A stretch of 63,977 nucleotides of DNA, filler included, from Chiloscyllium plagiosum (lineage: Eukaryota): assembly GCF_004010195.1 (NCBI RefSeq). It is 6 parts of one record of this genome, joined end to end, with 100 filler letters (N's around TTAATTAATTAA, not from the genome) between each part and the next. Parts side by side here need not be neighbours in the genome. Positions count along the whole stretch, not along the records: positions 41,944 to 60,568 come from NC_057711.1; 5 more parts are not named here. The stretch is one strand, 5' to 3'. Made by a program: the position numbers and the translations under genes. Every line of letters begins with the position of its first letter. Position 1 is the first letter of the stretch. The notes beneath the pieces are model-generated. The model did no database searches. It was not told where the DNA came from and saw only the letters and a list, made by a program, of their open reading frames with translations. Shown piece by piece: positions 48,131 through 60,568 of the stretch.

Positions 48131-50019
48131 GGGAAAATTGAAATAAAACCCATGACAAACATCCAAATGCTTTTATAACAGAGATGGCTGTGCAAGACCA
48201 TTTGTCAAGTATTTTTTTAATATGGGATATGGGTGTCATGAGCAAGACCAGTGTTTCGTGGCATTGCAATACAAGACAGACTAGGTTAACAACATAAAAC
48301 AGGGCATGCTCCCTCTATAACAAATAATCCTCTCCACTTAATGTGTGATGAGCGTAGGCTGTCTAACAGGGCCAAATGCAGTAAAATATGTCCCTTTATT
48401 TTTATGCATTTGCTCATAATTTTCTGTTAGGTATTGTTAGGTATTGACATTTACTTTTTCTATCTGCAGAGATTCCAGCTCCATCTCAAAAGGAGGATGT
48501 TCATGTACCAGGGGAATGCATCATAGAAATTTAGAAGCACATAGCTCTCAGTTTAAGACCACACATCTTACGATAAAGCTGAATTTCTTATCTTTGGGCC
48601 AGGATTTAAGATATTTCTTAAATCCTCACCCAACCCCATGATAATGCTGACAGAGAACCTGGCCTCAATCCACAAAGCTGTCCTGCAGCTATTTAACACC
48701 AGATTAGTGGAAAGGGTGGGGGTAATAAGACTCCTGCCCCTATTTAGGATGGGAGTCCTGTCATCAGTGCAGCCAGTCAGTCAAATGGCCAGCAGCTCTC
48801 TGGTCCCAGGAATATGATGAGCAGCGGTGGAAATTACTGAACTCTATCCAGTCCCAGGCTCAGACCATTCTGGGAGCCAGATGAAGAGTTAATGGGGAGT
48901 ATGTTTTTTTCTGCAGGGGCAGCAGACCCTGGGGAAGGGATCAAGCAGTTGAGGGTGGGAGGAGAAACTAGACGTCTCAGACCTTCGGTGGGCAGAGAGA
49001 TAATGACACAGGTTTTGATTCATCCAAGGGACCATTTAAAATGGTATTCCCCATTACTGCTGGGAGGACCTGATAGGGTTCAAAGTGGTTTTCTTTTCTG
49101 CCTGCTGTGAGTAAAATTTCCGTGCTGTCGTGAATGGCATCAAGTCTGAATTAACACACCTTAGTCTACCTGCCAAAAGCCCACTGGGTACATAAAACAC
49201 GGGATCCATGGTAGCAGTGAATGAAGCCTATAAATGCAAACTCATAAAATTACCCCTGGTATTCTCAAGGAACATTTGCTGGCATCAATGTGCCTAGCTA
49301 ACATTTTATTAAATGTCTTCAGTTTCATACCTCAGTTTGATACTAACTGGCAAAGAGGTATATTTGAATCATGCCAACTCTGGTTTATGTGAGAGGACAT
49401 TGTTTTGAATCCTATGAATGGGTGATCCCTCAATGGTGATATAAATAAATTTTTAATTTCATTGTTACAACATAACTTCCAAGGATTTTGAATAGTATAA
49501 TCGCGAGTAATTGGTTCCCATCACCAATCAGTCTGTAGCAGACCACAATGTGAGGAAAGAACAGAATATTTTAGAATCTCTCATGACATAGTCATACATC
49601 TGGATATTATTATTTCACGAATGTGGTGATGTTATTAGAAATCACTGTTCACAAAGCAAACATATCTATTGTGACTATTGTTTCAGTCCTGTACAGCTGC
49701 CATGCAATATTGTAGAGGGATTTTGTGGAAAGATTAAAAAACACCAAACATGGAGTTAAGACATAAGAAAGCTTGTTATGTAAAAAGACCAGACAGCAAA
49801 CAATATCCTTTATCCACAGTGCTTGCATAATATTCTCTTTCACTTCAATTCCAATTTAACTAATTGATTGAGGAAATGTTTCCGCTTGCTCGCCTGTCAA
49901 AGATAATTAAGCAAAACTCTAGAACAGCTATCTAGTCTTACAACAATCGCTATTTCTCTTTGATCAGCAGACATCTGAGACACAGTATTCACTATACCAT
50001 AAGCTCATTGTACTACAAA

Positions 50020-50164
50020 TATTATTTGACCAGTGCTCTACCCTTATTCCTATAGCCAAAAATTCAACCACCTTTGTAATCTGTTAATTGATACTATTAT
50101 TTGATCAGTACTCTATCTTTATTCCTATAGCTAAAATTTCGGCCACATTTGTAATCTGTTAATT
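50020..50164. repeat. Diverged 75-bp-period tandem duplication
   Basis: tattatttga.cagt.ctcta..ttattcctatagc...tttgtaatctgttaatt at 50020 and 50095. Confidence 0.85.
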
Positions 50165-50744
50165 TATACAAATTTTCATACGAAGGGATCTAATAATTTG
50201 TGCGTATGGAAATTGTGACAACATTTGATCTGATATCATAAGGAACATCTGTAATTTCTTCAAATATCAAGGGAATCTATAATTGTTTTCCAATATGTTT
50301 GAAAAGGACTTTTAAGAGTTTAAAACAAGTGTAAAGCAAGCAATCACAATTTTCTGAGGTAATATTGGTCCATTTGAACTGGTGACCTTTGACTTGAAAT
50401 CAGCAACAGCATCAGGAAGTTAAGATCAGGAGTTGTGTGGCTGGTGGACAAACAGAGAAGCTGGAAGGTGAAGACAATCAGTGCACAGATGTAGACACAA
50501 AGTGAAAGACATAAAGAGAAACCAAAGTCTGATCATGTATGTTTGACATAAAAGGAGACAAGAGCCCAAAGAAGTACTGTGTGTGTGTTGACAGAAAAGG
50601 TCTAAAACATGGAAAGATTTGTGAATAACCTTTTAATTCCTGTTTAAGTTGTATTGGTTCTGATTCAAGTAGAATTGAGGGTTAATTCTTACTTTAGAAA
50701 AAAGCTGAGCATGTACAAAAAGAGCAATGTTATAGTGACACCTG

Positions 50745-53700
50745 ATCGCATTGTGCCTTCGGGGTCCTGAAGGGAGAGGGTAACCAACCCCAAGTCGTGG
50801 TCCATGTGGGTACCAACGACATAGGTAGAAAGAGGGATAGGAATGTAAGACAGGGTTTCAGGGAGCTAGGGTGAAAGCTGAGAGCTAGAACAAACAAACT
50901 TGTTATCTCTGGTTTGTTACCTGTGCCACATGATAGCCAGGTAAGGAAAAGGGAGAGATATAAGCTAAACATGTGGCTGCAGGGATGGTGCAGGAAGGAG
51001 TGTTTCAGGTACATGGATAATTGGATTCATTCTGGGGAAGGTGGGACCTCTATAAACAGGATAGTCTTCACTTGAACCAGAGGTTGCTAATATCCTGGGT
51101 GGGAAATTTGCTGGTGCTATCCAGGTGGGGTTTAAAGCAGTTCAGCAGGGGGTGGGAACCAAAGGTGCAGTTCCAGTGCACAGGAGGAATAGAGTAAGGA
51201 GGGCATGGGACAGGATTTCACTGTTACAGGAATATGCTGGCAGACAGCAAGCTGGTTTGAAGTGTGTCTACTTCAACACCAGAAGTATCCAAAATAAGGT
51301 AGGTGAGCTTGCAGGATGGATAGGTACCTGGGACTTCAATGTTGTGCCCATTTCAGAGGCATGGATAGAGCAGGGTCAGGAATGGATGTTGCAGGTCCAG
51401 GATTTAGATCTTTCATTAAGAACAGGGAAGGCGGTAAAAGAGGGGGAGGTGTGGCTTTGTTAGTCAAGGACGGTATAACGAGGACCTGTCTATTTAGGTA
51501 GTATAGACTGAGGTTAGAAACAGGAGGAGAGAGATCACACTGCTAGGAGATTTTTATGGGCCTCCATAGAGTTCCAGGGATGTGGAAGAGAGGATTGGCA
51601 AAACGATTCTGGGTAGGAGTGAAAGGAACAGGGTGGTCATTATGGGGGACTTTAACTTCCCCAACATTGACTGGAAATGCTGTAACTCTAGTATGTCGGA
51701 TGGATCAGTTTTTGTCCAATGTGTACAGGAGGATTTCCTGACACAATATGTGTCAGGAAAGAGGGGAGGCCATACTGGATCTGGTACTTGATAAAGAACC
51801 AGGCTAGGTGTTTGAATTAGTTGTAGGTAAGCATTTGGAGAGAATGACCATAATTCGGTTACGTTTAGTTTAGCAATGGAAAGGGATAGGTACATGCCAC
51901 AGGGCAAGAGTTATCGTTGGGGGAGGAGTGATTTTAATGCGATTAGACAAGACTTAGGATTCATAGAATGGGGTACCAAAATGCAGGGGGTGGGGACAAT
52001 CGAAATGTGGAGCTGGTTTAAGGAACAGGTATTGCATGTCCTTAAGAGGTATGTCTCTGTCAGACAGGGAGGAAGTGATAAGGGAAGGAAACCATGGTTT
52101 ATTACAGAAATTGCATCTCTTGTTAAGCAGAAGAAGGAGCCTAATGTGACAATGAGACAAGATTGTTCAGATAAGACGATGGAGAGTTACAGATTAGGTA
52201 GGAAGGATTTAAAGAGACAGTTAAGAGCAAAGAGAGGAAATGAGCAGTTTTTAGCAAGTAGAATAAAGGAGAACCCTAAAGCTTTCTGTAGGTATGTGAG
52301 GAATAAAAGGATGACTAGGGTAGGAATAGGGCCAGTCATAGACAGAAGTGGGAGGTTGTGTATGGAACCTGTGGACATTGGAGAGGTGCTAAATGAACAT
52401 TCTCATTGGTTTTCACTCAGGAAAAGGAGAATATTGTAGAGGAGAAGAATGCGCTACGAGATATTAGACTAGAAAGGATCGAGGTTAGTAAGGAAGAGGT
52501 GTTATCAATTCTAGAAGGAGTGAAAGTCGACAAGTCCCCTGGGCCAGATGTGATTTATCCAAGGATTTTCTGGAAAGCTAGTGAAGGGGTGTTGGAGTCT
52601 TTGGCTTTGATCTTTGAGCTGTCATTGTCTACAGGTTTAGTACCACAGGACTGGAGGATTGCAAATGTTGTGCCCTTGTTCAAGAAGGGTAGTAGAGATA
52701 ACCCAGGCACTCCAGTGAGCCTTATGCCTACTGTAGGAAACGTTTTGGAAAGTATTCAAAGAGATAGGATTTATAATCATCTAGCAAGCAACAATTTGAT
52801 TGCAGATAGTCAACATGGTTTCGTCAAGGGCAGGTCATGTCTCACAAACCTCATTGAGATTTTTGAGAAGGTGACCAAGCATGTGGATGAGGGTTGGGCA
52901 GTTGATGTAGTGTGGTTGGTTTTCAGTAAAGCATTTGATGAGGTTCCAGGATGTCAGAGAAAATGCAGAGGCATGGGATTGAGGGTGATTTAGCAGTTTG
53001 GATTAGAAACTGGCTATCTGAAAGAAGGCAGCGAATGGTGGTTGATGGAAAATATTTAGCCTGGAGTCCAGTTACTAGTGGTGTGCCACAACAATCTGTT
53101 TTGGGACCACTGCTGTTTCTCATTTTTATAAATGACTTTGACACAGGCATTGGTGGATGGGTTAGTAAGTTTGCAGATGACTCTAGGTCGGTGGGTGTGG
53201 ACAGGGTGGAAGAATGTTGCAGATTGCAGGGGGACTTGGATGAACTGCAGAATTGGGCTGAGAGGTGGCAAATGGAGTTCAATGCAGATAACTGTGAGGC
53301 GATTCACTTTGGGAAGAATAACAGGAAGGCAGAATACTGAGTCAATGGAAAGATTCTTGGTAATGTGGATATGCAGAGGGATCTTGGAGTCCATGTATAT
53401 AGATCCCTGAAAGTTACCACCCAGGTTGATAGTGCTGTTAAGAAGGCATACGGTGTGTTAGGTTTCATTGGTAGAGGGATTGAGTTCCAGAGCCGCAATG
53501 TCATACTGCAACTATACAAAACGCTAGCGTGGCTGCACTTGGAATGTTGTGTACAGTTCTGGTCACCCTATTACAGGAAGGATGTGGTAGCATTGGAAAA
53601 GATGCAGAGGAGATTTACCAGAATGTTGCCGGTCTGGAGGGAAACTCTTATGAGGAAAGACTGAGAGATCTGAGTCTGTTGTCATTGGAAAGAAAAAGGC

Positions 53701-54052
53701 TAAGAGGGGATTTGATAAAGGCATACAAGATGACCAGAGGATTAGATAGGGTAGACAGTGAAAGTCTTTTTCCTAGGATGATGACGTCAGCTTGTACGAG
53801 GGGGCACAGCTACAAATTGAGGGGTGATAGATTTAAGACAGGTATCAGGGCAGGTTCTTTACTCAGAGAGTGGTAAGGGCACGTAATGCCTGCCAATGTA
53901 GTTAACTCAGCCACATGAGGGAAATTTAAACAATCCTTGGATGCGCAAATGGAAGATGATGAGATAGTGTAGGGTGATGGGCTTAGATTAGTTCACAGGT
54001 TGGCTCAACATCGAGGGGTGAAGGGCCTGTTCTGCGCTGTATTGCTCTATGC
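50745..54052 (+). mobile_element. Long degenerate CR1 LINE (ORF1 esterase C-terminus, ORF2 APE + RT, 3' tail)
   Basis: VHVGTNDIG, CVYFNTRSI, MGDFNFPNIDW, QHGFVKGRSCLTNL, SGVPQQSVLGPLLF, KFADD; many frameshifts. Confidence 0.93.
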
Positions 54053-54179
54053 TTGGAACAAGAACGTGGGTCTGTATGGCTCCTAATAAGATGTATTCTC
54101 TTCGCTCCCCTGTACATATTCAAAAACATAGTGTAGTGATTATGACCACATGGACTTCATCCACTATTAGGTTCTAAGT

Positions 54180-55297
54180 ATGTAAGTTAGCTTGCTGAGC
54201 TTGAAGGTTTGTTTTCAGATGTTTCGGCACCATACTAGGTAACATCATCAGTGAGACTCTCCGATGAAGTGCTGGTGATATGTTCCACCTCTCTATTTAT
54301 AGGTATTGGTTTCGTAAGGTGGGTGATGTAATTTCCAGTTCTTTCTTTCAAGGGAAGGTAGATCGGATCTAAATCAATGTGTTTATTGGTGGAGTTCTGA
54401 TTAGAATGCCATGCCTCTAAGAATTCTCATGCATTCTGTCTGTAGGATGTGTGTGTTGTCCCAATCAAAGTGGTGTCCTTCTTTGTCTATATGCAATAGA
54501 AACTAGTGATAGTGGGTCATGCCTTTTGGTGGCCAGCTGGTGTTCATGTATCCTGGTGACAAGTGTCCTGCCATTTTGTTTTTTACAGTTCTTGTATGGT
54601 ATCTTGTAAAGGACATTAGTTTTGCTGGTGGTATCTAATGGATGCTTTAGGTTAATTATTCGCTGTTTATGTATCTTGGTAGGTTTGTGGGCAACCATGA
54701 TGCCAAGGGGCCTGAGTAGTCTGGAAGTCATTTCTGGTATGTCTTTGATGTAAGGTAATGTGGCTATAGTTTTTAGTTGCGCTATGTCTGCTTGTTTGGG
54801 TTTGTTTCTGAGGAATCGGTGGATTGTGTTTATTGGATATACGTTTTTCTTGAAAATGTACAAATATTCTTCTTCTGCTTTTTTGTAGTTCTTAGGTGCT
54901 GCAGTGTGATGTAGCTCATTGAAACAATGCCTTGATGCAGCTCCATTTGTGGGTGTTGGGATGATTGCTTCTGAAGTTAAGTATTTAGTCTGTGTTTGTT
55001 GTTTTTCTAGATGCTGGTTTGAAGCTCTCCATTAACTGTTCTTTCAACTGTTGCATCCAGGAATGGGAGTCCGTAGTTGTTTGCCGTTTGTGGATTTTTT
55101 GCCTGTCAGGATATTGTTGATGGTGTTGCATATTTGCTTTAATTTGTTGCATTTTGTCATGACAAGGGTGTCATCTATGTAGCGGATGCAAAGTTTGGGT
55201 TGGATAGATGGGAAGGCAGCTTGTTCAAATCTCTGTATTATTCAATAACAAAACCTACAAGCAAGTCAACAGACTACCAATATCAGGGCTCATAGCA
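54180..55297 (-). mobile_element. Penelope/Poseidon-type element (RT + GIY-YIG) with an inverted 5' piece
   Basis: RYIDDT on -; ATLPYIK...LLRPLGIMVAHKP...NVLYKIP...TRIHEH; plus-strand piece FNNKTYKQVN..PISGLIA at ~55238-55297. Confidence 0.88.
54215..54254 (-). ncRNA. Minimal hammerhead ribozyme motif (family C)
   Basis: Reverse complement reads TCA-CTGATGA-T-GTTACC-TAGTAT-GGTGCC-GAAAC-ATC-TGA; stem I TCA/TGA. Confidence 0.72.
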
Positions 55298-55856
55298 AAA
55301 CCACTGCCATGTGTGTTACCTGGAGAAGAAATTTTTTTTTTTTCTCTCAAGACCTCAATGGGACAGCTTGGAAACCAGGCAGTAACCAGAAATAAAAGCT
55401 GAACAGCAACAATGAAAGAAATACTTTTGAACAGAAAAAGTCTTCCAGAGACCAAAAAAAAAAGAAACTGAATGTCTCAAAAAGTCACTTAAAGCCAGTA
55501 GTAATGAAAAAAAACTTGAAAAATATCAGTGGCAGCATTAAATTCCTGCTAGCAGCTGAGAGGAAAAATCCAAATTGAATACCTCTGAAAAGAGGTCAGT
55601 TAATGAACATCCAAACACGTTTGATCCATTGAGGGAGGGACAAGATTTTTGTTTCCATCTGACAAGCACAGTTAAAACTTTGAAAAGTGAGCTACCAAAT
55701 TTCTGAATCATTTACTCTTGACAAAATTAACAAGAACTTCAGGTAATTATTTAGAAGGCTTAAAGTAAATTTATTGATTAAAAGGGAATTTAAAAAATCA
55801 GGAATAAAAATCGTTATTGCAATTTGAAGTATCAAGGCACAAGGAGTGCAGTCAGT

Positions 55857-56170
55857 GATTAGATTAGATTACATTACAGTGTGGAAACAGGCCCTTCGGC
55901 CCAACAAGTCCACACCGACCCGCCGAAGCGCAACCCACCCATACCCCTACATTTACCCCTTACCTAACACTGCGGGCAATTTAGCATGGCTAATTCACCT
56001 GACCTGCACATCTTTGGACTGTGGGAGGAAACCGGAGGACCCGGAGGAAACCCACGCAGACACGGGGAGAATGTGCAAACTCCACACAGTCAGTCGCCTG
56101 AGGCGGGAATTGAACCCAGGTCTCTGGCGCTGTGAGGCAGCAGTGCTAACCACTGTGCCACCGTGCCTCC
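55857..56170 (-). mobile_element. Full-length, well-preserved HE1-like V-domain SINE
   Basis: A box tggcacagtggtt, B box ggttcaattccc, V domain, ggccgaagggcc hairpin, (taatc)n tail. Confidence 0.93.
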
Positions 56171-56194
56171 ATTTTATTAGTTTGATGGCTTGAA

Positions 56195-57887
56195 CAACAA
56201 ATGAAAGCTTTATTCAATAACAAAGCTGTTTTATTGACTTATTCATTAACATATGAAAAATGCATAAAGGGAAAGTGAACATATGGTATTAAATTGGTGC
56301 AAAAAAATCTCAAATGCAGCAAAATCTGGGGTGGTCAACTTCACAGTTGATATCTGATGTGGTCAAGAAGTCTTTGAATCTTTTTCAACAGACCCATTTT
56401 GAGGAAGTTCCAAGATAGCTATGATAGGAAACGGAACAGCTTCAATCCATCTCTGTGGAGAAGCTATGTTGATAAAGGAATGAAAGTCAAGTGCTGGAGA
56501 ATTCAACAGGTCTGGAAGCATCAATGGGAGAGAGGAAAAAACATTCCCAATCCAGTAGGATTATTCTTAGGAACCAGTGTTGGTATATATTTGGTACAGT
56601 AAGTTTTGTTGATTATTACAAAGCGTGATTTGTACAAAATAAAAGGAAAACTGAACTTGACATTATAAACAACATTTGAAACTGCAAAAACCTTAGCAGT
56701 TTTCAATGTTAATACCATAACAGGTTATATAACAACAAAGGTCAACAACAAATGAAAACTGAGTGCAGAATAAGTAGATTAAATTCCTAACAATGTTCTT
56801 CCAAATACAGAAAATAATCAACAACTTCAAGTGATTAACAATAATTAGCTACTGCAACAATATTCATTGGTACTAATCTTTCTACCAGAGAAACTCAAGA
56901 TATTAAATCTGTTTTCAAATTGACAAATGTAGGGAGCACAATTCCTACAATTTTGAACAACAGGATTGAACATTAAATCAAATGTAGAACATGCTACCAC
57001 ACTTCTCTCCTACACAAGGAGAGCAGCAGTTCATGTGTTACATCAACAGCAGATTAATGACAAATTACATTTATCACTATTTCACTTCAAAGACAAATAA
57101 GACACCGGTGGAATCACATTTCAATAGCAGGCATCAACTTCCAGGAAAGTTTGTAGAAGGCGCATACAAGTCATTAATGAAACCATCTGAACTGTGCAAA
57201 TATAAACATTTATAACAAGAGTCCATTTGCAATAGGATTGTCATCTTAAATTTATCAGTCACTGAATTTCTTCATTCAAATCAGGATCTAACTCTCCAAC
57301 AACCAGTCCAAATAGGAATGAATTTGGTGTCTGGAAAACTGTTGAAAGTGCATCATGTAGCAAAAGTTCAGCTTCATGCAGAACATTCTAGACAGCTTAT
57401 TGACTGCTCAAAGCACAATAAACCAGGATGTAGATTCTCATCTGATCAATATACCGCATGTGGCAACATTAATGCAAAATACTGCTCGTCTAATGTTATA
57501 GTACTTTGTCTCAGGTATGTTTCCAAAATTCCACATCAGTGAAGGCAAAACTGTTTAGCCTTCTACCTACAACGTACTCATTATAGCGAAAGAGATCACG
57601 ACATGAAGATGTATAACACACTGAAGAATATACAAAGCAAAAATTCTAAACATTCTTAACGCAACATGTTCTCTTCATGCCTTGAAATAGAACCTTGAAG
57701 AACAGATCAATACTGAAAGGAAACAAGCTTTCTCACAAGGAAAAGAACAACAATGTTGTTCACTCAGTTTCTTTCAAGGGTAACTCACAATGGTATCCGG
57801 TGCTAATAATGGAACTATTGATGTATAAACAGCTCGTAATTCCCTACACTCCTGCAGTTACAACACCAAATGGATTGAATCCTTGGT
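56195..57887 (-). other. Candidate terminal exon / 3' UTR of an unidentified host gene
   Basis: Acceptor tctttcttcttttattAG at 57888; ~1.7 kb with no recognised repeats; AATAAA on - at 56230-56235 and 56209-56214 followed by U/GU-rich sequence. Confidence 0.45.
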
Positions 57888-57999
57888 CTAATAAAAGAAG
57901 AAAGATCACCAACTTTAACTCAAGTATTTTATTCTTGATCATAGACCTTATGGACTTATTTATTGAAACATATGAACCAAGTGAAGAAAGAGATCTTGA

Positions 58000-58500
58000 C
58001 CATTAGGATCAATGGGCTGAGGATTGGCACATGGAGTTTAATTTGGATGAATGAAAGGTACTGCATTATGGTAAAACAAACAAGGGCAATTCTCATGTAA
58101 TTAATCCTCAGGCCTTAGGTAGTGTTGTAGAACAGAGAGACCTAAGGTTTAAGGTACATAATTCTTTGAAATTTGTATCACATGCAGACAGGGTGATTAA
58201 GACGGCATTTAGCATGCTTGCCTTTATTGCTCAGGCCTTTTAAATAAGACTTGGGACATCATGTTGAGGTTGTACATGACATTGGGGAGACCTCTTTAAA
58301 TCTTTCTCCTCTCACCTTAAAAATATGCCCCTAATTTTGAACTCCTCCATCCTTGGGGAAAAAAAAACCTTTGCTATTCACCTCATCTATGCCCCTCATG
58401 ATTTTATAAACCTTTATAAGGTCACCTTCAACCTCCAGTGCTCCAGTGAAAAAAGTCCTAGCCCATCCAGCCTTTCCCTATAACTCAAGCCCTCCAGTCT
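58000..58500. mobile_element. Two old CR1 fragments in opposite orientation
   Basis: Plus piece W...W.MEFN...RDL.F.VH to ~58295; minus piece matches CR1 3' ends. Confidence 0.75.
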
Positions 58501-59444
58501 TATACTCTTATATCAATGGAAGTGTGACCATGTGGCTTCCTTCATAAGTAAAAACATGGCTCTTTGGATTTCAAAAATATAAACTAATTCTGGTTTGTGC
58601 AGTGATCATAAAAGAATTGCTAGGTTTTTCCCAACATCCCTCCCCCCTCCCCCGATTACATTCTCAGTTAAAAATACAATACTTACCAGCGTGTGACTGA
58701 CATCACTTTGCAATTGCATAAAATCAGTATGCTGATGATGTTCTTACAGATGTAGGCTGCTGAAAAGCTCAATGTGACAGAGAGTCTACTTAGTCGGATA
58801 CTACATCAATGCAAAAATGGCAAAATGAGATTCACCCAAAACATGTGGTCTCTGTTAACTGGCACCAAGCCAGCCCATACCCATTTGGTAAGTGGCAAAC
58901 AGAGTTTCGATCCATTCCGAAATAATTTCATCTCCCTTAGCTGCTGTATAATCTGAATAAATAAGGACATTGTAGATGCAATGGATTTTTATCGCTAGGT
59001 GTGAAAGAGGAGTGAATCAACTATTTGTTTTTATCCAGAATTAAGTGCAGTATTTCAGCCAGACTTTTAATTTGTAGGTTTTGTTTTATAGACAAGCTCC
59101 ACGTAATGAAAGCTTGTTGCTGATGAGAATCACAAGTATGTAGCTTGTTTACTTCCATCTAGAGCTACAATATCACTTCGAATGTCTTACCTGAAGATTA
59201 TTTCCATCCAGTTAAATTGATGCAATCAAGGATATCAATGTATTCAGGCTGATTTTCAAACAAGAGTGACACTTAATAGATTACAGCTACAAAGTGCAAA
59301 TTATATTCCAAAGTAAAATTAAAAATAATTTCAAGCAGATGAGTTAAAAAAAACTACCCAATATTTTAATAAGATAGAAATGATAAAATCATAATATGCT
59401 ACAACCTGGTTGAAATTCTGTGTGATTCTCCCATCCTTTGATCA

Positions 59445-60075
59445 TAAGATTACAAGAATATAAGAACTAGGAGCAGGAGTAGGCAATTAAGCCAGTTCCA
59501 CTATTTAATATGGTCATGGCTGATCTTGTCTCAACTTTGACTCCATTTTTCTGGTCACTCTCTGTAATCTTTCCACCCCTTAAAATCTATCAGTCTCCTC
59601 CTTTGCTTTACCCCATATCCCAGCATTCAGAATACTCCGGGTAGTGAATTCAGCCAGTTCACAACCTTATGAGACAAGAAAATTCTCTCATCTTTGTTTT
59701 AAATCTGCTACCCCTTATCCTAAAATGACGACCTCTCATAGATCATCCTACAAGAGGAAACATTGTCAGTACATTTACTTTGTCAATAAACCAAAGAACT
59801 GCGGATGCTGGAAATCAAAAACAAAAGCAGAAATTGCTGGAACAACTCAGAGGTCTGGCAGCATCAGTGGAGAGAATATTGAGCTTGGAAGAAGGATCAC
59901 TGGACCCAAAACGTTAACTCTACTTTCTCTCCATTGATGTTGCCAGACCTGCTGAGCTTTTCCAGCAATTTCTGAATCTGGTTCAACTTTGTCAATTCCA
60001 TTTAGTATCTTAAATCCCTCAACTGGATCTCCTCTCATTCTTCTAAACTCTAGATAGAATCGGCCTAAAGTACTC
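59445..60075 (-). mobile_element. Old CR1 3' end
   Basis: YLEFRRMRGD.VE.FKILNGIDKV; taagaactaggagcaggagtaggc tail. Confidence 0.75.
59788..59985. mobile_element. 198-bp foldback PLE-derived insertion with 11-bp TSD
   Basis: TSD actttgtcaat at 59777-59787 and 59986-59996; arms ~59828-59876 and ~59935-59974; decayed hammerhead at 59886-59918. Confidence 0.8.
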
Positions 60076-60169
60076 ACCTTCTCTAAGCTACTTCCAATGC
60101 AATTACATCCCTCATCAAATGAGTCGCAGGTAGATAGGATAGTGGAGAAGGTGTTTGATATGCTTTTCC

Positions 60170-60568
60170 CAGGACAGGGCCTGGGAAATGAATATTCAAG
60201 GCTACACGTGCTATCGTAAGGACAGACTGACGGGCAGAGGGGGTGGGGTGGCCTTGTTGGTAAGGGACAATATTCAGTCCCTTGCGCGGGGGGACCTAGA
60301 GTCAGGGAATGTAGAGTCAGTGTGGATAGAGCTGCGAAATACTAAGGGTAAAAAAACCCTCTTGGGAGTCATCTATAGGCCCCCAAACAGTAGTCTGGAT
60401 CTCGGATGTAAGTTGAATCAGGAGCTGAAATTGGCCTGTCGTAAAGATGTTACTACAGTTGTTATGGGGGATTTTAACATGCAGGTAGACTGGGAGAATC
60501 AGGATGGTATTGGACCTCAAGAAAGAGACTTTGTGGAGTGCCTCAGAGATGGATTCTTAGAACAGCTG
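60170..60568 (+). mobile_element. CR1 ORF2 APE fragment (distinct young subfamily)
   Basis: RKDRLTGRGGGVALLV...GVIYRPPNS...MGDFN, open frame. Confidence 0.9.

Noticed and set aside
55857..56170. tRNA genes at SINE heads
   Set aside because: A/B boxes are followed by the V domain and LINE tail; these are SINEs, not tRNAs
57860..58800. Selenoprotein via a TGA formed at the putative splice junction
   Set aside because: The exons are unconfirmed, there is no recognisable selenoprotein homology and no SECIS was identified; a plain stop is simpler
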